Shown here one piece after another: positions 42,470-53,879 of a stretch of 64,000 bases of DNA. Each line of letters begins with the position of its first letter. Within the stretch, counting starts at the first letter, position 1. The position numbers and the translations under genes are program-made. Source of the stretch: an uncultured Armatimonadia bacterium (GTDB lineage Bacteria > Armatimonadota > Zipacnadia > CAVVLO01); NCBI GenBank assembly GCA_963749155.1, contig CAVVLO010000002.1:1088001-1152000 (forward strand). The letters run 5' to 3'. The notes beneath the pieces were generated by a model. That model had not been told where the DNA came from and did no database searches. It saw only the letters and a list, made by a program, of their open reading frames with translations.

Positions 42470-43267
42470 CTAGGGATGGCAGACATTACAGGGCTTGAAG
42501 CCCTGCTTTATGGCTTCTTCTCTGGACTGCAGATACCTTGCATTGGAGCGGCTGGGCAGATATTTGCAGTCCAGCCGGTGGAATTTCATCGAGCGCGTGT
42601 TGCCAACGTATTTATGACCAGCAGGCGCATCCGCTTTGGTAGTCGCGGTCTGGGCTTTCTGGCGTTCTTCCTGGGAGGCGTGAAGGGCGCGCTTGCCCTG
42701 ATCAAAGTCTTCGGGCGTCTTGTATTTCTGCCAGGCGCCAAGTTTGGCCTCTCGGGCGCGCTGTTGATCTGGCATCCACTTGTTGGGGTCGGCGGGCGAG
42801 GTGCTATAGACCGAGACGATAGCCCAACCTGAGGCGACCATTGCCTGGTTGATAAGCAGCCATTTGCCGTCTTTCTGGACATAGAGCAAGGCTCGGGTGC
42901 GGTCATATTTGTCTTTGGGATTCTTCGCATCGATGAGCAGGGCAAGCTGCTTGCCCTTGGCCAGGCCAGCCAGATACTGCCGCGCATCATCGTAGCCATA
43001 CCAGCCTGATTCGGGGGAGTCAATGCCAATAAGACGGATCTCGCGCTTGCCGTTAGTGACTAGAGTATCGCCATCAACGACTTTGGTGCATTCCTCCAGC
43101 ACAGCACCCTTGGGGGGGGCGACCTGGGTTGCAGGCTGAGTTGGCGCAACCTGGGCTGCTGATACTGATGGGGTCGGCGCAATCGCAGCCGGCTCGGGCT
43201 TGCAGCCAGCAAGCGGCAGCAACAGAACGAGCAGGAGTGGCCAGAATACTCGGATCCTCATAGGCAT
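42470..43267 (-). CDS. Thermonuclease (SNase) family lipoprotein with C-terminal Ada-type metal-binding domain
   Basis: Lipobox LAGC; VVDGDTL, IRLIGIDSPE, DKYDRT, AREAKLGAW; C-terminal KFHRLDC...GFKPCNVCHP. Confidence 0.88.
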   Translation of the reverse strand: MPMRIRVFWPLLLVLLLPLAGCKPEPAAIAPTPSVSAAQVAPTQPATQVAPPKGAVLEECTKVVDGDTLVTNGKREIRLIGIDSPESGWYGYDDARQYLAGLAKGKQLALLIDAKNPKDKYDRTRALLYVQKDGKWLLINQAMVASGWAIVSVYSTSPADPNKWMPDQQRAREAKLGAWQKYKTPEDFDQGKRALHASQEERQKAQTATTKADAPAGHKYVGNTRSMKFHRLDCKYLPSRSNARYLQSREEAIKQGFKPCNVCHP

Positions 43268-43355
43268 GGCTCCCGAAGCACAGACTGGACGCCAAATTTC
43301 ATTTGCGACGCCCAGTCCAGTTTATCGCTTTGGTGCTTGAAGCTCAAGACGCGGT

Positions 43356-44495
43356 CTAGCGTTCAATGCCCCTGGCGGCCAGGTACGCCTCTACTTCGGA
43401 AAGTGGCATATCGCCCATCGGCTTGCAACCGGGCGGGGGCCAGCCGCGTTCGGCGTGGAGGAAAAGCCGTGTGTCGGGCTGCAACTGGTCGAAGACGTAG
43501 TCGAGATAATCAAGAGGCGTGTCAAAAGTGCGGTCTTTGGTCAGACCTACCCGGATGCTTATCGCGATATCGGCAGGGGTGAAAACTTCGACCGCTTTTG
43601 CGAAGTCAGCCTCGCCTGCCGCCATATCGGCGCAGTAAAGGCCCTCGGTCGCCGCCATATGCTCGAAGTTGAAGGCGAACTCGCCGCAAGAATGCACTGA
43701 TAACCCGTTGAACTCGCGCGCCAGGCGTTCGTTGCAGGGCTTGGCAAATTCTTCATACAGGTTGGGCGAGACCGTAGCGAGCAGGTCTTCGCTGATGGAG
43801 AGGCCCTTCCCCGGCGGTACCCAGAAATCGGGGCAGTGCATTTTGACGAACTCGCCCTGGACGACTTCTTCCTGCAGCTTTACGAAGTCGACGATAAGCT
43901 GGGTGACCATATCCAGCACCTGGGCGACGGCTTCGGGCGCCTCGTAGAAGGAGGTCATAAAGTCGGTGTAGTCCCAGATGAGGGAAGCGGTATCGAGCGG
44001 CCCCTGGATATCAGTGACGCGGACGGGCAGTTGCCAGTCAGTAGCCTCGCCGAGGAAGCGGGTGAACTCCAGCACCTGGCCGAGTTGGCCTTCGGTAGGC
44101 TCGGGCTGGCGCAGCTTGCTGACATCGTCAGGGCAGCGGACGATAGGACGGGTCCAGGGCTGATCCCAATCGGGGAAGGTTACCTCGCAGCCAAAGGCGG
44201 AGGCCAGCACCCCAGTGCCGAGATAAGGGAAAACCATCGGCACCCAGTCGTCGCGGAACTGGGCGCGAGCGCGGCAGGTGGCAAGCTGGGCCTGGAGATT
44301 GTAGTCCCAGTCCCAGAAGGCCTCGCGAGTATTTTTACCCGTGGGATATTTGGCATCGAAGCCCTCGGGCCAGGGCCAGCCAGACTTGTGCAGGGCGGGA
44401 GCCTTGCTCTCGCCGCTCCAGAAAGCCCTGAGGCGGGCCTTGCGTTCCTCTATCATCGCCTGGCTGAAGCCAGTCTGCTGCTCAAGGTTGAACAT
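43356..44495 (-). CDS. Uroporphyrinogen decarboxylase (UroD/MtaA-like) family protein
   Basis: ASAFGC, TDIQGPLDTASLI, SEDL..VSPNLYEEFAKP, VHSCG; AAGGAG RBS. Confidence 0.75.
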   Translation of the reverse strand: MFNLEQQTGFSQAMIEERKARLRAFWSGESKAPALHKSGWPWPEGFDAKYPTGKNTREAFWDWDYNLQAQLATCRARAQFRDDWVPMVFPYLGTGVLASAFGCEVTFPDWDQPWTRPIVRCPDDVSKLRQPEPTEGQLGQVLEFTRFLGEATDWQLPVRVTDIQGPLDTASLIWDYTDFMTSFYEAPEAVAQVLDMVTQLIVDFVKLQEEVVQGEFVKMHCPDFWVPPGKGLSISEDLLATVSPNLYEEFAKPCNERLAREFNGLSVHSCGEFAFNFEHMAATEGLYCADMAAGEADFAKAVEVFTPADIAISIRVGLTKDRTFDTPLDYLDYVFDQLQPDTRLFLHAERGWPPPGCKPMGDMPLSEVEAYLAARGIER

Positions 44496-44507
44496 ACCAG
44501 GCTCCTT

Positions 44508-47043
44508 CTACTGCTTCACATACTCGCTGATGGTGAGTTGGGCAGCGAGGTCGGCCGGAGCGCCGCTGGACCTTCAGCCGGCGGGTCTCGCCGGGCAGCA
44601 GGTCGAAGTAGTTGTCTTCGAGCCACAGCTCATCGGGGCCTTCGATAGCCACTGTGCGCACCAGGCGCGGAGCGGAGACGGTCAGTACGCCCTCTCCCTC
44701 ACCCCCTGGCGTAAAACTCCAGGTCACTTCCGGCTCTCCGAGGGCCATATCGCGCAGCTCCGAGAAGTAGTAGAGGGCTCGAGCGAGTTCCTTCCCATCG
44801 GCTTCGAGCTTCGCAACCAGCAACTGGCAGGTCGGCTCGGTGATGGCGTCAGTTGGTAGTGCGAGGTCCGGGACTACCCGGCCGTTGGCAGGGACGGTCA
44901 AGGGCTGCGAGACCTCAGCCAGCACTTCTCCCTCGTAAGTCAGCGCCTGCACCTTCAGAGTGCCAGAAACCGGCTCCGGGGCATCGTTCACCGCGTGGAG
45001 GACGAGTTCAGGCACATCCTGGAAGGTGAGCAGCAGCGGAGCATAGGCGCGCCGGGCCGCGTAGAAGGCGGGCTTTGGGCGGCGATAGTAGTCGATTATG
45101 CTCCAGCTTGTCACGGGCCAGCAGTCCTCGAACTGCCAGAAGAGACTGCCCGCACAGTGGAACTTGAGACTGCGGAAGTGCTCTATGGCGCACTTCAGGC
45201 CTTCCATATGCATAACCTGGGCCTGCTTCACGAAGCGCTCGAAGTCATCTCCCGCGGGGTTGAAGTAGCCGTCCACAAGCAGCTGCGTCCGAGAGTGGCC
45301 GGCGTCGTGCTTGTTGTGGAAGAGATAGACTTCGCTATCCAGGCGCAAATCTTCGGGGGCTGACCAGGCCTCGATGGTCTTCAGCACCGGAGGCGACTGG
45401 ATGCCGTATTCGCCGTAAAAGCGCCCGTGCTCGAAGCGATAGCCGCGGATGTCTACTTTCTCGAAAGTGGCGGTCCAGTCGGCAGGCTCGCCGGGCTTTA
45501 CATCGGGCGCAGCGCCCCAGGGCAGATACGCGTGGCGAGAGCCGGAATCCTGTGAATTGGGGTCGAGTGCGCCTCCCCAGGGACTGCTCGGACGGTAGGG
45601 GCGTGTCGGGTCCAGCACCGCACAGTGAGCTGGAATCAGCTTGTGATACAGGATATGGGCACGATGGGGGAAGGTCGCATCACCGCACCAGTTCTGATAG
45701 AAAGCCCAGTCGTTCTCGTTGTTGCCGCACCAGCAGGCGATGGAGGGATGGTTGCGCAGCCGGCGCAGCACGGACTGGACCTCGGTATCCACCGCCAGGA
45801 CGAACTCGTGGTCATCGCCTGGGTAATCGGCGCAGGCGAACATAAAATCCTGCCAGACGAGTATGCCAAGCTCATCGCACAGCTCGTAGAAAGCGTCCTG
45901 CTCGTAGATGCCTCCGCCCCAGATACGCAGCATATTCATATTGGCATCGAGGGCCATCTGCAGCAGGCGCTCATATTCGGCGCGGCCCAGGCGCGGCAGG
46001 AAGCTGTCAGCGGGAATCCAGTTGGCGCCTTTGCTGAATATGGGCCGACCGTTAAGCTCCAGGATGAAGCTGCTGCCGGACTCATCAGGGTCGGGCGTCT
46101 CGTCGAAGCGGACTTCCCGTATCCCGAAGCGGGTGCTTGTCAGGTCTTCCTGGGCCCCGTCCACGGAGAGCTGACAGTTAAGGGTATAAAGGGGCTGATC
46201 GCCCTGGCCGGCGCACCACCAGAGGTGCGGGTCCTCCACGCGGAAGGTCTCGATGAGGCGACTCTTGCCCTCGGCAGAGAAAGGTGTTTGTTGCTGCCAG
46301 ACCAGCTTGCCGGCTTCATCGGTCGCGGTGAGGGCAAGTTCGGCGAAGTGGGCGCCTTCGGTCAGCGCCTCGACCTCGACAAAGACAGTAACCTGGGCAG
46401 CGCCGTCAGCCAGCAGGCGAGTGCGGACGCAGGTGTCAGTGAGGCGCAGGTTGCGGAAGCCAGCAAGGTAGACGTCCTTCCACACCCCGCAGGTGGCAAG
46501 CCGCGGACCCCAGTCCCAGCCGAAGCTGTACTGCGCCTTGCGCAGATACTGGCGTTTGCTCTCGGGTTTGAAGGCCCAATAGCGATCGGCAGGTTTATCT
46601 CGCAGCGCCCACTTGGGCGGGGTGAAGCGGACCAGCAGTTCGTTGTCTGGCTTCAGCAGCCCGGTGACATCGGCCTCGTGAGCGATGAACATATTGGCAA
46701 AGCTGGCAAGCTCCAGGCCGTTGAGATAGACGGTGGCGAGCGTATCCAGGCCTTCAAAAACCAGCTTCAGCGGCCCTGAGGCGTTCGGCGGGTCGTAGTG
46801 GAAGCGGGTGCGATACCAGAAAACCTGATCTTCAAGCCAGTAAGAGTCCTCTTCCTGCTTGCGGAAGAAGGGATCTGCCAGCCTGCCGGCGGCCATCAGG
46901 TCGGTGTGAGAGCAGCCTGGGACGGTAGCGGGCAGCCACTCACAGTTCGCCAGGTCGTCAGGACGTTCGAGTACCGTGGGGTCACCGAAAGCAAGCTCCC
47001 AATCGGCGCCGGAGAGGTTGATCAGGATATTACTGGTTCTCAT
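44508..47043 (-). CDS. Glycoside hydrolase family 2, beta-mannosidase-like (probable +1 frameshift near 44570; uncorrected ORF ends at 44482)
   Basis: FEGLDTLA, RKAQYSFGWDWGP, KGANWIPAD, NMLRIWGGG, WQDFMFAC, WCGNNE, EYG, DNYFDLLPGE. Confidence 0.9.
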
Positions 47044-48098
47044 TGGAAGCCTCCGAGGACGCCTCAGGCGGCTCGCAGCCGGCCTCGGCGGTCGGGGGCT
47101 GGGGCTCTCCCGAGGCCTCGGCCAGTGCAGAGAGCTTGAGGTGCATCAGGTTTAGATAATAGAGGCCAATCATTGTAATGGGCACAAAAATGACTGTGTG
47201 AAGTATCAGTGCATACGAGGCAGCCTGGGCTGCAGTCACAACTTCAGGCCTGGCAACAGTCTGGGCCATATGGGTGGTGAAAAATTCAAAGGGCCCAACG
47301 AAACCGGGCGATGAGGGCACCATAATGCCGAGATTGGTAACAATCGCGGTAAGTGCCGAGGCGAAGTAGTTCAGCGGAAGCTTCAAGGCCTGGGCGACGA
47401 AATAGAAAGCGGCGCCTTCCATAAACCAGATGACAAGTGACCAAAGACTGACTTTGAGCAAGAGAACTGGATTGCGCAGGCAAGCAAAGCCGGCGAGCAT
47501 CGAGGGGATCTTGTAACGCACCTGGTCGCGCAGGCGGGCAGGCAGGAAGCGCGCAAGCGCATTGGCGAGACGCTCAGTGCGACTGGGCGAAAAAGCAACA
47601 ATAAGGACGGCCAGGGCAAGCCCTAGCAAGATCAGGCTGGCCAGCAGCAAATAATGCCTGATATCCGGGGGCAAGGGAAAAAGCAACAGGCTGACAAAAG
47701 CGAGTACCAAGCAGGCTGAGGCCATCGAACATACGCTCTACTACGATGGTGGTGAAGACTGTAGTTTTTGACAGGCCGACCTTGCGACCGAGGACATAAG
47801 CCCGGGTGAACTCTCCAGCGCGCAAGGGCAGGACATTATTTACTGCAAAGCCGATAGCGACAGCATGCCAGAGATCCGTAATTTCTATACGCTGGACAGG
47901 TTCGAGAAGGACACGCCAGCGCAGAGTCGGCAAGTAGAGGCGGGTCAGGTCGACAACCACAGCGACGGCCAGCAGCGGGAGCGAGACCTGACGCACAGTC
48001 TCGAGCAGTTCCGCGAAGTCTACCTTATGGAAAGCCAGGTAGAGCATCACGAGGCTGATTATCAAGCCTATCAGGATTGACCGGCTGCGATGCTTCAC
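47030..48098 (-). CDS. Lysylphosphatidylglycerol synthase TM-domain (UPF0104/flippase-like) membrane protein (apparent +1 frameshift near 47725)
   Basis: RWRVLL, NNVLPLRAGEFTR, VVERMFDG, then PSSPGFVGPFE in the next frame. Confidence 0.82.
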
Positions 48099-49210
48099 AG
48101 GTCGGCAGGCTCCTCTCGAGCTAGTTCTGGCATCTGGGGTAAAGCCAAATGCGCGGGTGGCTCGTAATCAAAGGTCAGATTTATACCCAGGCTGCGCCGG
48201 ACCAGCCGTTGCAGGGCAGCCAGATGGGCCTTGAAGGTCAACTGACGCCTTGCGAAAAGCGCAGCTTCCTGCCCCAGAGCAGTGGCTTCTTCTGGCTGGC
48301 GCCACAGATAATTCAAAGCTTCGGCAAGTTGCTCGGGCTGACTCGGTTCGACCAATAAACCAGAGCGCCCATGCTCGACATAATCGCCCATACCCCAGGT
48401 GGCCGAGGCAACGACAGGCCTGCCCAGGGCTAGCGCGTTAGCTAGAACGGACAGACCAGCCACCCAGCTTACAGGCTTGAGGGGCATCGCGACAAGCCGG
48501 CTGGTGGCGAGGCGTTCGCGAAACTCCTGGCCGGAAACAGGCCCAAGCACGGTAAGGTTGCCCGGAGGACGCTTGGCAGGAAGTCTGGCGGGCTCAGTGA
48601 CGACCTCGATAGGCGCCTCGACAAGCCTGGCCGCCTCATAGAGAGTCTCGAAATCACGCTGATAGATGCCCCCACAAAAGATTACATCGCGCACAGGGCG
48701 CGTCTCCTGGGCATAGCGGAACACCGTTGGCGAGGCATAATGCCTGACAAGCCCAAGCCTGGCAGGATCGGCTCCCAGCAATCTTTGAAAGCGGGCGATA
48801 TCCTCGCTGGCAAGACAGCCAAGGCCTGCCTGACCGAGTACGAGCCTGGTGAGTTGACGCTGCAAGCGCCATCTCAGGTTGGGGGCCATCTCGGGGGGAT
48901 AATGGGCATCCACGGCAACGAAGGGGATCTCTTTCAAACCCAGCAAGCGGAAGATGCTTCCAGCGACAAGCAGCTCGAGAGCGCCTTCTGAGACCAGCAG
49001 GTCGGCGTTTTCACGAACAGCCAGATGAGCAGCTCGGGCGGCAGCCAGCACATAGTTGGGCAGAACACTGGCAGCACTAGGAGGATGGCCTCGGGTGGGC
49101 AATTTGGGCAAAGCGCGCACCACCAGGGCATTGCGAACCCAGGCCCAGGTCTCGGGTGCGCCATAGGCTGCCGATACAACAACTCTGGCCGGTTGCTTAA
49201 TGCCTGGCAT
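48095..49210 (-). CDS. Glycosyltransferase family 4
   Basis: RDFETL, GLSVLANALALGRPVVAS, GLLVEP. Confidence 0.78.
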   Translation of the reverse strand: MPGIKQPARVVVSAAYGAPETWAWVRNALVVRALPKLPTRGHPPSAASVLPNYVLAAARAAHLAVRENADLLVSEGALELLVAGSIFRLLGLKEIPFVAVDAHYPPEMAPNLRWRLQRQLTRLVLGQAGLGCLASEDIARFQRLLGADPARLGLVRHYASPTVFRYAQETRPVRDVIFCGGIYQRDFETLYEAARLVEAPIEVVTEPARLPAKRPPGNLTVLGPVSGQEFRERLATSRLVAMPLKPVSWVAGLSVLANALALGRPVVASATWGMGDYVEHGRSGLLVEPSQPEQLAEALNYLWRQPEEATALGQEAALFARRQLTFKAHLAALQRLVRRSLGINLTFDYEPPAHLALPQMPELAREEPADL

Positions 49211-50300
49211 TGGGGGCGACTCCTTCAAGCAGGTCGAGTTCGCGTTCAAGCAGGACTTCCAACTCGTAGTTCTGGACGATGAAAGCTCGGGCGGCAGCAC
49301 CAAGCTGTCTCGACAGATTGTCATCTTCGAGTATGCGTTCTAGCGCCACAGCCAGCTTTTTGGGGTCATCAGAAGCCACTAGTAGCCCTGTTTGGCCATC
49401 TACCAGCACATCTCGGGTGCCTGGCACATCAGCCCCGACGCAGGGCAAGCCGATGGCCATAGCCTCAAGCAGAGCTTTGGGGTGACCTTCCCATTTACTT
49501 GGCAGGACGAAGGCTTTGGCCTGGCGCAGCAGGTCAGGCAACTCGGGGTGAGGCACGACACCAAGGAAGCGGACCTCGAGGCCAAGTTCGGTGGCAAGCT
49601 GGCGAAGGTCAGGCTCAAGTGAGCCAGCGCCTACCAGTGTGACCGGAACAGGCTTCGGGAGCAACGCGACGGCCCGCAGCAAGAGGTCGAGGCGTTTCTG
49701 AGGGGCCAGGCGGCCTATATAGATGAGCCCTTCACGCGGGGCATCAGGCGCGGCCGGGTGGAACAGGGCTGTATCCACGCCATTAGGGATGAGGTGGACA
49801 CGCTCAGCCGGCACAAAGCCCTCGAGATAACGCTTCAGGATGGGCGTCGTTGCGATCAGTGCGTCGGCAAACTGGATAGTCAGGCGTGTCGTGAAGGAGG
49901 CAAGCATCGCGCGCAGAGGGCCCTTGTCCTGATAGGCCGCGCGCGAGTAATGGAACCCGTATGATGCGACATAGGGCGTGCCCAGAAAAAGCTTCGCCAG
50001 AACCGCTGGCAGGCCCCCTTCAGCCTGAGTGACCCGGATAACATCACACTGGCGTAGTTGACGCCACCTGAAGAAGGGCATCAGGAAGCTGTAAAGGATA
50101 CGCTTGCCAAGAGGAGCGCCAGGCAGCAGCGTAAGGCCTGGCAGGCTAACATCCTGCGGGTCATATGAAAAGTAGAAAACCTGGTCGAAGCGGCGGTGAT
50201 ATGCAGCCAGATAAAAACTGGCAAAGCGAGGCAGTTGGCCTGCTTTTGCCAGGTCTTTCAGCGAGCCCCCTGGAGGTGGTATCAGGCCGAGGATTGGCAA
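49197..50300 (-). CDS. Glycosyltransferase family 4
   Basis: IPNGVD, IGRLAPQKR, PSKWEGHPKALLEAMA. Confidence 0.9.
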   Translation of the reverse strand: MPILGLIPPPGGSLKDLAKAGQLPRFASFYLAAYHRRFDQVFYFSYDPQDVSLPGLTLLPGAPLGKRILYSFLMPFFRWRQLRQCDVIRVTQAEGGLPAVLAKLFLGTPYVASYGFHYSRAAYQDKGPLRAMLASFTTRLTIQFADALIATTPILKRYLEGFVPAERVHLIPNGVDTALFHPAAPDAPREGLIYIGRLAPQKRLDLLLRAVALLPKPVPVTLVGAGSLEPDLRQLATELGLEVRFLGVVPHPELPDLLRQAKAFVLPSKWEGHPKALLEAMAIGLPCVGADVPGTRDVLVDGQTGLLVASDDPKKLAVALERILEDDNLSRQLGAAARAFIVQNYELEVLLERELDLLEGVAPNARH

Positions 50301-51398
50301 GAGACCACCTTCTTAAGCCCTTCCATCACCTGGGCTACGGTTATTTGCTCCAGGCAGTCACATTTGGCAAGGGGTGGATTTCTATGCCAGGGAGTCTGAA
50401 TACAAGGCGAGCAAGGCGCTGGCGACCGGATTATGACATGGTCCCCTCCAACTGGGCGGCCTGGCAAGTCATCCCAGGGGCCGAAGAGAGCGACAACCGG
50501 GCAACCAACAGCCGAGGCGAGGTGACATAGCCCCCCATCGGTCGAGAGCAGGGCCTGACAGCAAGCGAGCAGCGCGCCCGACTGCGCCCAGGAGGCAAGG
50601 GGAGCCAGCACAGGAGAGCCGGGCAGGGAGCGCGTCACGCACAGCCTCAACCTCAGGGCGTTCTTCTGGAGAGCCAAGCAAGACCAAGCCGAAACCTTCG
50701 CCAAGTAGATTTATGGCAACTTCAATATAACGCTCCACAGGCCAGCAAAATTGATAAGCCTGGCCCGGATAATCTCGCGGTTTGCTCTTGCCGCTGCCAG
50801 GCGCAATTGCAATAAAAGTCTTTGGTTCAAGAGGCGCAATTTGCGACGCGGCCCAAGTCACTGCTTCCTCAGAGGGCACGAAGACTTCTCGCAGAAGCGG
50901 GGCATCAGGCACGGACAAGCCAGCCTGCCTGGCAAGGTCCAGGAAGACCTCCGAATAATGGCGCGGAGCGCCCCAGTCAGCAGGATGTGAATCCAGACAG
51001 GCGGTATCACCTCCGCCAAGTGAAGCTCGGATCGGCGTCCTGGCAAGCCGGGCGGCAATCCGGGCGACAGGATTTGCCTCAAGCATCAGAGCGATGTCGG
51101 GTTTGAAACGCCGGATGGCACGGATTAAAGCCAGTCGACCGGCAGGGCCAGGCTGTTCGACAAGCAATTCATCTACATAAGGGTTATTCTGTATAGCTGC
51201 CAGCGCGGAAGGCGCAACGAGATAAGCCAGCTTCAGATCAGGACTGGCCTGCTTGAGCCCGGCAAGCAAAGGAGTCGTCATCAGCACATCTCCCAGCTTG
51301 CCGCGTCGAGTGATTAGTATCCGAGCAGGCTGTCCCGTCAATTTGCGAGGAGGAAAGAGCGCCGCAAGCAGATTATAAGCGAGGTGTTTCAGGCTCAC
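50282..51398 (-). CDS. Glycosyltransferase family 9 (heptosyltransferase-like; apparent +1 frameshift near 50620)
   Basis: LGDVLMTTP, NNPYVDE, WPVERY, then TDGGLCHLASAVGCPVVALFGP in the next frame. Confidence 0.82.
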
Positions 51399-52582
51399 AG
51401 GCTGCCCTCCTCAGGATGCCAGCCAATCCCTGCTCGCGGTTTGAAACGCCATAACCTGCGAGCTTCCTCAGGCCACAGCATCCCATCCACAAGCGCGAGA
51501 GAAAGCAATCTGAACCAGGTGCTGAAGGCATCACTAGTATTGAAAGGCACAGTTATACGCCGCCATTCGGTCTCGAGGGCAGGTGGGCGAGTAAACCAGC
51601 GTTTCTTGCGCGAGGCCCACTGGCGGAGAGAGACTTTCCCTGAGAGCGCTCGTAAAGCCTGAAAGATACAGGGCGGGGTAATCAGGCAGTAAGGGAAACC
51701 GCCATCTCTGCGTTGTAGTCTGAGCAGCGCCTTGCGCGCTTTGAGCAGAGCAGGTCGGGCTTCTGCAAGCAATTCGGGGCAGAGCAGCAGGCCTTTGGCG
51801 ATGACATCAATCGCATCTAGGTCTTCGCAGGAGCCTCCCCCGCCTCCAGGCGCGAAAAGACCATCCCACTGTTGCATAGCCAGAGTATTGCTCACCATTG
51901 CGGCGGCGGCAACAGGCAAGTGGCCGTGATACATGGTAATCGGCAGATGATGAAAGGTCGCAGCCATGCCATTGAACAGCGTGGCGCCATGTGGAGGACC
52001 CCAATAACCAGTGGTCCTGTCCTGATCCTCATCCAGCCAGGCAAGCAGGGCGTCCAATCCAGGTTGTGCCTGTAACTCACCTTGCTCTACTTGCCAGGTT
52101 AGCAGAAAGCCCACGAAGAGCACCAGGTTGCTCTGCAGCCAGGCGTTGCGCCAGTCAAGCCCTACTAGCCAGTTGCGGACGGCCTCGGGCGAGTGCCAGC
52201 GAGTCATATAAACGAGCGGGTGAGAGGGTTGGGCGCCCAGGGCAGCCAGGGCATCCACGCAGAACATGGTAGCCTGCAGCCGTATGTATTCGCCGCCATG
52301 GAAAGGAGCTTCTTCCTCGCGAAAACGCGGATCAACAAATAAACCCGTGTCAGCCTGCTGGAAGGTTTTCAGGAAAGTTACAGTGGCCTGGCACTCAGTC
52401 TCGGAGAGTGACTGGAGCTTTCCTAGCAACTCCAGAGCAAAGACGGTATAACAGGTCGCAAGATAATAAGGCTCTCCACCTGGCGCAAGAGACGAGGCGC
52501 CGTCTGGACGTCTTAGCTGACGCAAGAAATCTTGTGCGCGCTGCCTGATGGCGCGCGACTCATCAAGGTTGTCTGGGCTCAT
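51395..52582 (-). CDS. Prenyltransferase/squalene-oxidase-repeat-like (alpha/alpha toroid) protein
   Basis: Repeated QxxDGxF/W-like motifs (QQADTGLF, QDRTTGYW, QQWDGLF, QRRDGGF); coupled to both neighbours. Confidence 0.6.
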   Translation of the reverse strand: MSPDNLDESRAIRQRAQDFLRQLRRPDGASSLAPGGEPYYLATCYTVFALELLGKLQSLSETECQATVTFLKTFQQADTGLFVDPRFREEEAPFHGGEYIRLQATMFCVDALAALGAQPSHPLVYMTRWHSPEAVRNWLVGLDWRNAWLQSNLVLFVGFLLTWQVEQGELQAQPGLDALLAWLDEDQDRTTGYWGPPHGATLFNGMAATFHHLPITMYHGHLPVAAAAMVSNTLAMQQWDGLFAPGGGGGSCEDLDAIDVIAKGLLLCPELLAEARPALLKARKALLRLQRRDGGFPYCLITPPCIFQALRALSGKVSLRQWASRKKRWFTRPPALETEWRRITVPFNTSDAFSTWFRLLSLALVDGMLWPEEARRLWRFKPRAGIGWHPEEGSL

Positions 52583-53879
52583 ATCGCGAAGCTAGTTCGC
52601 GGTAGAAGGCCTCATAACCTGCCAGGAGTGCTGTTTCCGTAAAATCAGCCCGGTTGCCTTTGGCAGCGCCCTGGCTCAATTGTGCAGCCAGTTCTGGGTC
52701 CTGGGCGAAGGCAAGCAAGGCTTCGGCTAGCGCGGCCGCATCGCCTGGAGGCACCAGCAAGCCGTTCTCCCTGTCCGTGACAGTCTCGGGAATCCCACCC
52801 CAGGCGGTGCCAATTACGGGCACGCCTAGCGCCAGCGCCTCCAGAGGCACCCTCCCATGAGGTTCTGGCCAGACTGAAGGGAATACGACAGCATCTGCCG
52901 CTCCAAGCAGTTGCAAGGTTTCAGGGTAAGACCGCTTGCCAACGGTCTGGACGCGCGCATCATCAGGAAGCAGAGGCTCAACCGTAGAGGTCACCTCGCC
53001 AACCAGCACGAAACGTGCCGTCGGCACCTGCTCAAGCACCCTGGGGATAGCTTTGAGCAGCACGTCGGCGCCCTTGCCAGCGCTTGCTTTGCCAGCATAA
53101 ACAAAGAGGGGACCTTCTTCCACGTCTAAAGAGGCGCGCACAGAGGCCCGGGTGGATTTGTCCAGGGGCGTCTGGGTCGGCGGGAAGTTGTAGAGCACCT
53201 GCCGTGACGGGCCAGGGGGCAGTGTTCCACTTGTCTCATAAAGCTGCTGGATTGCGTGACTGATGAAGATCAATCCGTCACATTTGTGCGACGCCCAAAG
53301 GGCAGCGGCGCGCGTTATATAGCGGAAAAGGAAGTCAGTAATAATATATCTGACAAGGGCCAGCCCTTTCAGGCGCTTGCCCCGAGACCGAACAAAATTG
53401 AGCGCGCAACCTGCCTGGCGACCAAAGCCACATGGAGAATTTGGCACATGGCCCCCTTCAAGACAATGCGCCGTCGTACAGAGCAAGCCGTAATCGCGCA
53501 CAGTGAAGGCCAAGGGGAACTCGTAGGCCAGCCGCAGAGCGCCACAGGCTGTCAGCGCGAGCTTGTCCTGAGCATGGACGACATCAGGGCGAAAAGCCAG
53601 CAGACTGCTACGCAGGTGGCTTACATAATAGGCGCGGAAGGGGGGCAGCACCTGAGCGCGCAGCCTGAAACGCTCGCTAGTTTGAAAGCGCGAGGGCAGG
53701 GGCAAGCAGAAGACAGTCAGGCCAGGCTGAGATTGGTAGCAGCCTTTGCCGTAACCAAAGGTGACAAGGCCGACTTCATGGCCGGCGCTTATAAGGCGCA
53801 GAGCCAGTTGTTCTGCGCTCTGCTCAGTGCCGCCCATCACATAAGGCGGGAAGAAAGTCGAGACCAAAAGCACTCTCAT
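52563..53879 (-). CDS. Glycosyltransferase family 4
   Basis: FPPYVMGGTE, RDYGLLC, KGADVL, PSVWPEPHGRVPLEALA, GGIPE. Confidence 0.88.
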   Translation of the reverse strand: MRVLLVSTFFPPYVMGGTEQSAEQLALRLISAGHEVGLVTFGYGKGCYQSQPGLTVFCLPLPSRFQTSERFRLRAQVLPPFRAYYVSHLRSSLLAFRPDVVHAQDKLALTACGALRLAYEFPLAFTVRDYGLLCTTAHCLEGGHVPNSPCGFGRQAGCALNFVRSRGKRLKGLALVRYIITDFLFRYITRAAALWASHKCDGLIFISHAIQQLYETSGTLPPGPSRQVLYNFPPTQTPLDKSTRASVRASLDVEEGPLFVYAGKASAGKGADVLLKAIPRVLEQVPTARFVLVGEVTSTVEPLLPDDARVQTVGKRSYPETLQLLGAADAVVFPSVWPEPHGRVPLEALALGVPVIGTAWGGIPETVTDRENGLLVPPGDAAALAEALLAFAQDPELAAQLSQGAAKGNRADFTETALLAGYEAFYRELASRYEPRQP

